Below are positions 48,131 through 58,321 of a stretch of DNA of 64,000 nucleotides, one piece after another; the first letter of the stretch is position 1, and every line of letters begins with the position of its first letter. The stretch is from NCBI GenBank assembly GCA_002269645.1, contig NIVC01001870.1:111798-175797 (forward strand), given 5' to 3'. The position numbers were made by a program, and so were the translations under genes. Under the pieces are notes generated by a model. The model saw only the letters and a program-made list of their open reading frames with translations. It was not told the origin of the DNA and ran no database searches. The stretch is from Macrostomum lignano (lineage: Eukaryota).

Positions 48131-50726
48131 CCGGCTTGGGCCGAGAAAAGGGGTGAGTAACAGACAGGGAAGCCTCGCCCAGTCAAACTAGCTGGTTTTC
48201 AGACGGCTATCCAGGACAACAGGCTCTATATGCTAGAGACAGCCAGTGTGCCGTGTTTCCTGCTACATCTGCCTGGCCAAAGACCTTTCCGTCACGTATG
48301 GAGCCAACGGACTGCCGCTAAAAGAAATCATTTTCAGCGACCCACTGAATGGAAGAAAAGCTTTGAATTTCAGCCAGCTTGTGAATCCCATGTCCAGAAT
48401 TAAGAATTGGACTGAAGATTCCTGCAAGGCCGAGTCCTCACCCGAGAGCTGAGACCAAGCTGGTCTCCAGTCTGCTGGATGCGGTGCAAGACCTCTTGGA
48501 GGAAGCAGAAGGGCTGGCTAACAATCGGACTGTGAGCGATATGGATATTATGGGTATTTATTACTACTTATCGCGCTTTTAAGTATCGATTTTCAGATGT
48601 TTTGACGCAAAAAACGCAAATTATACTACTATCTGAATTAAGTAAGTAGTATATGAAAACGTTATCCTAAGCGTAATATATGTATACATAGCATACTTCT
48701 ATATGTACTCGCATATGTACATTAATCCCTATCTATCTCAAATTGTATGTGTACATTGTCTACTTCTATGTCTATCCCCAATTCTATATGTACATTGCCT
48801 ACTTGTACAGTGCATACTTCTACATGTAGACTTGCGCATTAATCTACTTCTATGACAATTTCTATATGTTCAGTGTCTATATAAATAATCCCCAATCTAC
48901 ACGACGGCCTCCGCTCTGCGTATTTGAATTGTCAACCCCACAAGATTATATGTACAATTCAAACTCGAAACACTAATTGCTACGTGTACAGCGCAGTACA
49001 TGCGCAGAGGTGGGTCGGTGCGCGCGCGCGATGTACAATCCCATCTACATGTACTGCCAAATGAGTCAACTAACCCCCCAAATTTTATTAAACACGTCAT
49101 ATGCATTGAATAATTTTTTTCGAAATCACTTATACAATACATATGCATTCGTATAGAGCCGGGTTCGTGCGTACAAACTCTCGCCAAGCGATGGGGTGGA
49201 GGTTGCGTCATCCAAGTCTCTCCCCAAGTCTGCCCCCCAAATACAAGACTGTGTTGAAGCAGTGCTTTATATTTCTATTGACAGTGGGTATTATAAAAGA
49301 CGCTTCGTCGCGCTTTAATATCCCCTCGAAGCTCCTATACTGAACGTTTAATCACCCTTTAACTCGGATCATAGTCAAAATTCAACCCCAAGACTGTTCG
49401 AAAACAGCCACCCCTCTGATGTTCACCAAACTCGTCTTCACAGCGCAGACCCCATAGCAAATCGAGCTAAATTAACGCTCGTCCAGCTGTTCTCTCTGTC
49501 CCCCTTCTAAATGCCAAGGAATTTCGACCCTCTCTCCATTTTCAGTGTACAGACAGATCTTTCCACAGCACGGACCCTATATTAAACATCATTCAGCAAA
49601 ACCCTCATCTCTGATTACGTCATCCATACCCCTACAGAAGCAGTTAGCAAGAAACCAACTTTTAATGCACACATCAACCCCGCGAATCTGAGCAAATCCG
49701 AATCCGCCAACCTCTACCTTCATTGACCCAATATCTATCAAGGTACACAGCCTATTAATCAGTGTCTCCACCGCATGCAATTCTGATATACTTGATTCTA
49801 ACACTTTTGCATATTGTCTCTTTGTCGCGACTTTCCTAGTCATTTCTTTAGTTCACCTTCACTTGTCTCTGTTTACTCTGTTTTCTCTCTCTGTCTAGCT
49901 CTGACAATCTTGTTATTCTTATCTCTCTCTCCCTTGCTGCCTTCTGATTGGCTCTCCATTCTCACCTCTCTTTTTAGTCGCGCACTCCACCCCTCTCAAA
50001 TGTTTTATTCTTCTTACGTAACCAAACATTTTTTTCAACTTTGTACGGTTTTTGGCCGTACTTTTACTTTTCTTTAAGATTAAATTTTGCGTTTGCGCTT
50101 TACCAAAATACTGGCATATGCTTCCAGTTTCAAAGTTTCTATGTCTGCTGTGGTCAAATGCAATTATATACTCGTATAATCAAAATGATGAAAAAAAGCT
50201 ACTTTCTGTGGCTCCCATATGTGTGGCATGGTGTCTCAGTAGTATATAAAAAGACGCTTCTAGACCCAGAGCACTTTTTTAATGACCGTTTTAAGGGTCT
50301 AGAGGGGGGACACGGGGGGTAAATAAAAAAACACATCTAAACACCATTAATACATCTAATCACCCATAATCACCCCTAACAATAAAAATCACTTCCAAAC
50401 ACTTCCAAACACTCCCCAACACCCCCCTCGCGTCCCCCCTCTTAAGACCTTACAAACGGCCATTAAAATAAGGTCTGATCTAGAAGCGTCTTTTTCTATA
50501 CTACTACTCTATAACCCCTTGCCCGCGCCGCAGGCGCGAAGGGTCGGAAAGAATAGAAGCTATTTATAGTCAGCTCACCTACCCACCCAACATTCCATTT
50601 AGACCAGATTTTAGACCAAACAAAACTAGACTATCGTTTTGGTTTTCGTTTTCAAAAATTTGGTCTAAAATCTGGTCTAAATGGAATGCAGACAATCTTT
50701 TTCTGTTACTAAAAATAGAACAAAAA

Positions 50727-51125
50727 ATGACACACGTTACACATATGCAAAATCTGAATGAATTGCAGGTAGGAGACCCAGTTGAATACCGAGGTGAGGG
50801 GCTTTTTGATGTGGTTGGAACAGCAGCAAATTTTGTTAAAGACAATATGGGGCTTATAGGGCAAGCTGGCTCTGCAGCAGGCTCTATAACAAATGCTGTA
50901 AAAGGAGGAATTGAAGCAGCTAGAGCGGCAGAAGAACTAAAGAAATTGAGAGATTTTAACGACACCCTCTCACAAATAAATGCAATAAAAGATTTAAAGC
51001 TGGCACAAGCCGCACAACCAACAGAAACCCCCACGAAAAGCGCACCAATAAGTAATAAAGATATTCAGGATTTTAATAAAATGTTAAATACTATTAAAGG
51101 TGGAAAAGGATTAAAGAAATTTTAA
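50727..51125 (+). CDS. 132-aa putative virion/core protein
   Basis: Ala/Gly-rich amphipathic segment with GEG-L and IKGG-KG motifs resembling adenain cleavage sites. Confidence 0.6.
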   Translation: MTHVTHMQNLNELQVGDPVEYRGEGLFDVVGTAANFVKDNMGLIGQAGSAAGSITNAVKGGIEAARAAEELKKLRDFNDTLSQINAIKDLKLAQAAQPTETPTKSAPISNKDIQDFNKMLNTIKGGKGLKKF

Positions 51126-51135
51126 CAATATAAAA

Positions 51136-52122
51136 ATGGACACAGATAACGACCGCTTATATTTTATAGGAGAAATTGTAGATACTTTAGATCTAGATGA
51201 TAATAAACATAGCCACACAATGTTAAAAAGATTGGATCGATTAGGTAAAAAGTTTGACTACGACATCGATACATTTAAACTCGCAGCAAAATATGCACAA
51301 GAAGGAAGGCCAATATCCTTTAAGAATCGCGGCAGAAATTATAGGTTGACAGACTCCGATGTGAAATTTTTAATGGAGACTCACACTAAAAAGGACGGCG
51401 GATTACTACCCATTCTACCGCTTCTTTTAGGACTTGGTGCAGCTGGAGCAGTCGGTTTAGCCGGAAAAAGAATTCATGATAATGTAAAACAGCTAGGAGA
51501 GTTAAGAGCGAAACAGGGGGGAATCTTACCCCTTGCAGCTTTGCTCCCAATAATTTTTGCAGGAATTGGAGCAGCTGGAGGAGTTGCTGGCGGAGCAGCT
51601 GGAATTGCAAAAGCAGTAAATGACAAAAAAGCTGCGGACGAAAAAGCTAAAAGAGAGGCCGAATTTCAAAGACAGCAAATAACGCAGGACGCACAATTTA
51701 AACAAAAACTTATCGATACAATTAATAGTAGTTCAGCAACAGCTGAGCAAAAAAGAAATGCAGAAGCTAGGTTATCAGCTGGAAAAGGGTTAATACTAAA
51801 AGGATCAAATCATGGCAATGGTTTACTTTTACAAGGAACAACCCAAGGAAGTGGAGTTGTAGCAGATAAACTACATGAATTTGGTCAAACTTTAGAAAAA
51901 ACGGGTGAGAAAGCTAAAGGATTTTTTGACAATATTGGATCCAATTTTAGGCCAGCAGTTCAGAAGATTTTTACTAAGTTAGGAAAAGATTTTAATATCA
52001 TTGAAAAACACGACGGAAGCGGATTATATCTCGAAATGAGACCAAAAGCAGGTTCAGGAATTTTCTTAAATTCAAACGTTATGGGCAATGGATTGCTATT
52101 ACCAAAAGCAGATCTCGAATAG
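51136..52122 (+). CDS. 328-aa core-protein precursor with two adenovirus pX-like peptides
   Basis: GG-LLPILPLLLGLGAA and GG-ILPLAALLPIIFAGIG, compared with adenovirus pX GG-ILPLLIPLIAAAIG; repeated GxG(L/I)xL motifs. Confidence 0.75.
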   Translation: MDTDNDRLYFIGEIVDTLDLDDNKHSHTMLKRLDRLGKKFDYDIDTFKLAAKYAQEGRPISFKNRGRNYRLTDSDVKFLMETHTKKDGGLLPILPLLLGLGAAGAVGLAGKRIHDNVKQLGELRAKQGGILPLAALLPIIFAGIGAAGGVAGGAAGIAKAVNDKKAADEKAKREAEFQRQQITQDAQFKQKLIDTINSSSATAEQKRNAEARLSAGKGLILKGSNHGNGLLLQGTTQGSGVVADKLHEFGQTLEKTGEKAKGFFDNIGSNFRPAVQKIFTKLGKDFNIIEKHDGSGLYLEMRPKAGSGIFLNSNVMGNGLLLPKADLE

Positions 52123-52206
52123 GCTCCTGGGGGGAGGGTCTGGACACCAAAAACACAAAATTAAAAAATCAATAATTCAAACATTATATAAATTTTATTC
52201 TATAAA

Positions 52207-55200
52207 ATGGAAGCAATTTTAGCTCAAATCGACAACCCGAACTTAGAGCACAATTAATAGCTCAAATCGATGCACAACGAATTGCCGATAGGGCTGAAAT
52301 AGAAGCAAGAATTAGGGCAGAAAATGAGATACGTTTAGAAAGACAATTAAATGATATTAATAACCCCCAACCACAAGGACAAAATGGAGCTGAAGTAATA
52401 TATATAGATATAGATATAAATACAAATTATAAAGAATATTTTAAACAAATGAAAGATAAATTAAAGACTATATTAAACAATTATACTATAAGGCCAAATA
52501 ACAAACGACAGCCAATTAAGTATAAAATAGAAGTTGAAACAGAATTTAAAAAACCAAATATTCTTAATGCAAATTCAGAAATTGAAGTAATAAATAACTT
52601 TTCACAAGAATCATATAAAACATTATTATCAATGGGAAATTACAACAATCAATTCGATCAAATAGAAGCTGAGTTTGATGAATGGATAGATAAGATGACA
52701 GAAAACGGATCTGGGTTTATATTTGTTTCATGCAATTCAGCAACAGTAAAGATTGCACCCATAGAAATTCTTAAAGGACGATCACATATGAAGCTCAAAT
52801 TTAAATCACCTATGATTATAAATCCAGACAATAAAGATAATAAATGTTTATTATGGTGTTTATTAATTCATAAATATCACAATCAAGTAGAATCACACAT
52901 TAATAAAATATATAATTATAGACAATATGAGGATGAAATAATAATGAAAAACATATCATACCCAGTAGCAATAGATGATATATATAAGATTGAAAAAATG
53001 AATGGTTTAAATATTAATGTGTTTACAATTGAAGAACCAAAAGATCTAGAAGAAATTTTAACCGATCCAGAATGGTATAAGAAAAGGTGTTATCTTGTTA
53101 AGCCAGCAACTGATATAACAGCACCAGATCAAATCGATCTTTTGTACATGCAGCGCGAAAATGAAACACATTATATATACATAAAAGATATTAGTTCTTT
53201 TTTAAGAGAAAATAGAAATAGATATCCACTATGTAGAAATTGTTTTACATTTAAAAAGGATGAAACAGCTCTTAAAAACCACCAACGATTTTGTTTAGAT
53301 CACAAATTTACTAATGCTATAATGCCAGCATCTGAAGATGCAACCCTAAAGTTCCAACAACATTATATGGCAATTAAAAAACCAATAGTAATATATGCTG
53401 ATTTTGAAGCAACAAATGTTCCCTTAAAAGAACCACAAACAGTATCTGATGACGGTGAATGCACAAAAAAATTGGCACAACAGTTTCCGAATAGTTATTG
53501 TATATATGTACACTCCGTAGCTGATCATATATTTAAATCAAGGATGATTACTTACCACGGTAATGATGCAGCTAAGCACATGGCAGAATCATTAGTAAAT
53601 GTATTTGAATATATTCAAAATCAATATGATAAATTATCAAAAAATATTAATATGACAAATAAGGATAGAGACAATTATAAAAATGCAACAAATTGTTTTA
53701 TGTGCAAAAGACATTTAAGTAAGAATAATAAGATACGAGAACATTGTCATCTAACAGGAAATTATCGAGGGGCAGCATGTAGATCATGTAATGCAAAAGA
53801 AGGAAAAGGATGTAAGGAAATACCAGTATTTTTTCATAATGGTTCCGGATATGATTTTCATTTCTTAGTTCGAGAATTGCTTCATTTAGGAAAGGATGAA
53901 TATGAAATAAATATATTACCTAAAACATCAGAAAATTACATATCAATAACATATGGTAAGAAATACTCCCATCTAGTTTTTCTAGATTCCTTGAGATTCT
54001 TATCAACATCTTTAGCAAATGTTGTTTCATCATTAGTTCCAAAACCATGGGATTTAGAAATAGTAAAGAAAAACTTTCCAATCTTATTGAATCGTTTCAA
54101 AAAGAAAAACTATCCGAGGAAGAACTAATGCTATTAACTCGTAAGGGCATCTACCCATATGAATATGTAACATCTGAAGACGTATTTTTTCATACCGAAT
54201 TACCCCCAATTGAAAAGTTTTATTCAACATTATCACAAACAAACATAAGTGAATCGGATTATGAACACGCTCAAAAAGTATGGAAATACTTTAATTGTAA
54301 AACATTTAAAGATTATCATAATCTATATCTTAAAGCAGATGTTCTCCTATTAGCTGATGCATTTGAAAACTTTAGGAATCATACATATGAGAATTTTAAA
54401 ATTGATCCCGCATATTGTTTCAGTGCACCGGGATTAACATGGGCTTGTGGTTTGAAACATACAGATGTTAAGATTGATTTACTAACTGATCATGATATGT
54501 TGTTAATGATTGAGAGAGGAATTCGCGGTGGATTCTCGGGTGTACTAGGAGATAGATATACTAAAGTAAATAATAAATATCTACCAAATTATAATAAAAA
54601 AGAAAAATCATCATATGTATTATATCTAGATGCAAACAATTTATACGGTGGTTGTATGAAACAAAAATTACCAATAGCTGATTTCCAATGGGAAGATGAC
54701 CCCGATTATTACAAAAATATTCCCGAAGGAAGGGGCTGTATTGTAGAGGTGGATTTGCAATATACTCGGGAAGCAAAAGCAAAAACATATAAATATCCTT
54801 TAGCTCCAGAGCATTGTTCAGTTAATGAAGATGATTTATCACAAACACAAAAAGATTATCTTAAAGCAGATAATGCAAAACATCTAGCAACAAAAAAATT
54901 AATATTAAATTTACATGATAAGAAAAACTATGTAGTGCATTATAAGCTTCTACAATTTTATGAAAAGCAGGGATTAAAAGTGTCTAAAGTACATCGAACA
55001 ATATCGTTTATTGAGGAAGATTGGTTAGCTAAATATATTGACTTTAATTCAAATCAGAGACAGATGTCAAAAACAAATTTTGAGAAAGATTATTGGAAAT
55101 TAATGAATAATGCTTTTTATGGAAAAACGGTTGAAAATATTAGAGATAGAACCCAATTCCATTTAGAAAAGGATATTGATAAAGCAAAGAAATATTTCTC

Positions 55201-56170
55201 AAAACCTAACTTTAAAGACTTTATAAAATTTGATGATAACTTTATGGGTATTCATATGAGAAATAAAACAACAAAATTTCTTAAACCAATATTTATTGGA
55301 ATGGTTGTTTTAGATTATGCAAAGCTGGTAATGTATGAATATTATTATGATGTTATAAATAAAACATGGCCAGATAACTATCCAATATATGCAGACACCG
55401 ACAGTTTGGTATTTAAGGTTGAAACAGAGGATCGGGCAAAGCCCGCGAACCAAAGGTTCGATGTCTATAAAGATATGGAAAAAATTAAGGATACACTGGA
55501 TACCTCCGACTATCCGGATAACCATCCTTTAAAATCAGATCAAAATAAAAAAGTTGTACTTAAAATGAAAGATGAATTAAATAGCAAAATCATAACCGAG
55601 TTTATAGCAATAAGATCAAAATGCTATGCATTTAAAGTTTTAGGACAGGAGGGAGAGGTAAAAAAAATAAAAGGGGTATCAAGAGCAGCAGTAAAAAAGA
55701 TAACATTTGATGATTATAAAAACGTACTTTTAGATTACCTTAATACAATTGAAAATTATCATGCTCCACAATATCGATTAAATTCAGATAAGCATCAGAT
55801 GTTTGTCATCGAGACAGATAAAAAAACATTAAGTCCATTTGATGATAAAAGATATTTAGATGATAAAATTAAAACATATCCATATGGTTTAAAAGAAGAG
55901 ATAAAAAATATGATAAAAGATAAAAAACAAAAAGAAGATATAATAAGTAAATATAATGAATACAAAGCGGCAATAAATAATTATTATTACGATTGTGATT
56001 GTGAATCCGAATGTGATTGTGAATATAATACATTTCTAGAATATGAAAAAGATATAGATAATTATTATTCAACATTTCCAAAAGAACTTAAAAAATTAAA
56101 TAAGGAAAAAGTCTTGAATAACTGGAAGAGATTAACAGAAAAATTACTTATCGGGTCTGTAAAAAACTAA
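52207..56170 (+). CDS. polB: Protein-primed family B DNA polymerase with EndoVII-like insert; two single-base frameshifts in this sequence
   Basis: IYADFE, HNGSGYD, YLKADV (Exo I-III); YLDANNLYG, KLMNNAFYGK, YADTDS (pol motifs); CFMC...EHCHLTGNYRGAACRSCN. Frameshifts near 52235 and 54078. Confidence 0.95.
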
Positions 56171-56503
56171 AGCATGTAATTGTTTGAGCAAATCATTAAC
56201 TTCAATTTCATATATTATTGAGCACCAATTATCCTCACAGTCGGCAGGGTAACTTAAACAATCCTTTATTTTTTTCCTAAGTTTTTTTATTTTTCTAACC
56301 AATCTATCTATTTCAATTTCAATTACTATTTCAGCATAAACAATATCTTGTCTTAAAAAACGTTTTCTTTTATCTATCTCATATCGGATGGGAAACATAT
56401 CGTCCCCATACTCATGATATTTCTGAGATATAATTATATTTATTTTTTTATTAATATCATTAAGTTCACGCTCTTTAGTGATAAGGATTTTTATCGTATC
56501 CAT
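56144..56503 (-). CDS. Hypothetical 119-aa viral protein
   Basis: ATG ORF with AT-rich viral composition, converging on polB. Confidence 0.5.
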   Translation of the reverse strand: MDTIKILITKERELNDINKKINIIISQKYHEYGDDMFPIRYEIDKRKRFLRQDIVYAEIVIEIEIDRLVRKIKKLRKKIKDCLSYPADCEDNWCSIIYEIEVNDLLKQLHALVFYRPDK

Positions 56504-56556
56504 TTTCTTATAAAAAATTTAGTCTTCGTCGTCATCCTCCCAAACAGCCGCCAATT

Positions 56557-56850
56557 TTACAGTCCTATCACTCTTTTTATTATTTTTTGTTTTAGTTTAA
56601 ATTGCAATCCACCCTCGTTGCAGTATTTCATAACAAACGCTTTAGGTTTATTAATAACTAAAACAGGAAAATTTTTAACATCATCTCCGCTTAGACATAA
56701 AATTTTTTGCCCATCTAATTGTAAAAATATTGATTGAAGCCCAATAAATTTAACCTGTCTCAAACATATAATATTATATTCTTTATTCTCCAACATATTG
56801 GGTGTGAGATAATTAATCACATTAGAATCGGTTTTGAACCAGCTCTCCAT
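56557..56850 (-). CDS. Hypothetical viral protein (likely start MESWFK at about 56850)
   Basis: ATG preceded by an A-rich leader like the other viral genes; may be frameshifted at the 3' end. Confidence 0.45.
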   Translation of the reverse strand: MESWFKTDSNVINYLTPNMLENKEYNIICLRQVKFIGLQSIFLQLDGQKILCLSGDDVKNFPVLVINKPKAFVMKYCNEGGLQFKLKQKIIKRVIGL

Positions 56851-56877
56851 TTTTAATCTAAAAAAATAACAAAAAAA

Positions 56878-57339
56878 ATGAAAGACATTTATGTTTGTAA
56901 TAAATGTAATGTGACTATGCACAGAGGGCAAACAGCAAACGGAGATATATATCATATGTGTTATTCATGTTCTAAAATATATCAATTTGAAAAAACAAAA
57001 AAGATTGAAAACTCATATTACTATTTTAAAAACACAATTTTAAGAAATCTTACAAGAGACATTTCTGATCCAATTTTAATTCCCGGAAATAATGTTTATT
57101 TATATAATAACTTTTTCCATTTAAATAAAGGAAAGGGATTAAGTTCGAAAGACTCTGAAAGGATTTTAATTTTAGTTGGATATTATTTCAATTTTCTTAT
57201 TCGAGAGAATACAAAGTTTATAAGGATAGGTAACATACCTAACGAAATGTTATTGAAAAAGTCATTGGAATTTTTATGTATTGATAAAAAATTTAAACCT
57301 AGATCAGAAGAGAGTTACCACTTTGGGAAGAATATATAA
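56878..57339 (+). CDS. Hypothetical 153-aa protein with N-terminal CxxC...CxxC zinc ribbon
   Basis: CNKC...CYSC. Confidence 0.55.
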   Translation: MKDIYVCNKCNVTMHRGQTANGDIYHMCYSCSKIYQFEKTKKIENSYYYFKNTILRNLTRDISDPILIPGNNVYLYNNFFHLNKGKGLSSKDSERILILVGYYFNFLIRENTKFIRIGNIPNEMLLKKSLEFLCIDKKFKPRSEESYHFGKNI

Positions 57340-57356
57340 CATATGCATTAGAAAAA

Positions 57357-57985
57357 CTAAACAACCTGAAGTTCTACCGCACTTCCTGACCGCGGGCTTT
57401 GTGCCCCAGTAGCAATAGTTTCAGGTTCGTAAATGCCTAATGTTTCTATAGGTGGAGCTTTGGGTTTATCGAGTCTCAACTCTTTTAATTCCATATCGGT
57501 AAAAGTTTCAACATCTAAAATTCTATTTCTATCTTTTAAATATTTTTCATATAATTCAACCGCGGTTGATAATTCATGAATCGTTATCTCTCCGTCATCC
57601 AATATTTTTTGCACATATAAATATAATTGATTTTTATATTGCTTGGCAACATCTCTTAAAGATTTATATTTTTCCTTTCTTTTTTAAGATATAATTTAAT
57701 TGCTAAAAGTATTGATAAGTTCTGATCATTCAAAACCTGATATTGAGCCAATTGAAATACCTAAAAATAATTGAGATAAATTAAGAGTTGGAATAGATTG
57801 TAAAATACCTAAAACGATTACACATAACATTGATAAGCTTCCAAATCCAATATTGAAAAATCCATATTTCTTATATGGTTTGAAACTCTTCTTACTTTTT
57901 TAGCATATAAATCATAATCATAATTTATTCGATCAACATTACTAACATCTGACCTTTACGTTGGTTGAACCGGTCGCGTTCCCAT
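57357..57985 (-). CDS. Frameshifted Polinton membrane-type protein
   Basis: A hydrophobic stretch (GFGSLSMLCVIVLGIL..LFLGISIGSISG), then LDDGEITIHEL, reconstructed across frames. Confidence 0.45.
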
Positions 57986-57994
57986 TTATCTGCT

Positions 57995-58321
57995 TCAGAT
58001 ACCGACATTCTCGTCTATTTTTAATAGCACCAAAATGAATTCCCCACGCTCTTTGGGGATTTGTCCCGAGCTTAATAGGTATTGTATTGGAGTTATTCTT
58101 TCTTTTTTCTCCCATTTAAATCCTATTTTCCAAAACTCTTGAAGTATAATATGATTTTTTAATAACTTAATTAATTCTTGAAGCTTCTTATTATCCTGAA
58201 CATTTACAGTACTAAATAAAAATTTGGTATGAGATTTGAATGTTTTTATATTTGATTCTTGTTTAGGAATAGGAATAATAACATTATTTTGCCGCATCGA
58301 TGGAGTTCTACTAAAAGCCAT
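57995..58321 (-). CDS. Hypothetical 108-aa viral protein
   Basis: ATG ORF with an A-rich leader, co-oriented with the morphogenetic genes. Confidence 0.5.
   Translation of the reverse strand: MAFSRTPSMRQNNVIIPIPKQESNIKTFKSHTKFLFSTVNVQDNKKLQELIKLLKNHIILQEFWKIGFKWEKKERITPIQYLLSSGQIPKERGEFILVLLKIDENVGI

Noticed and set aside
54060-54085. Programmed -1 frameshift in polB (G AAA AAC)
   Set aside because: Not a canonical X XXY YYZ heptamer, and the same one-base-short pattern occurs in many other genes, which favours error or decay.
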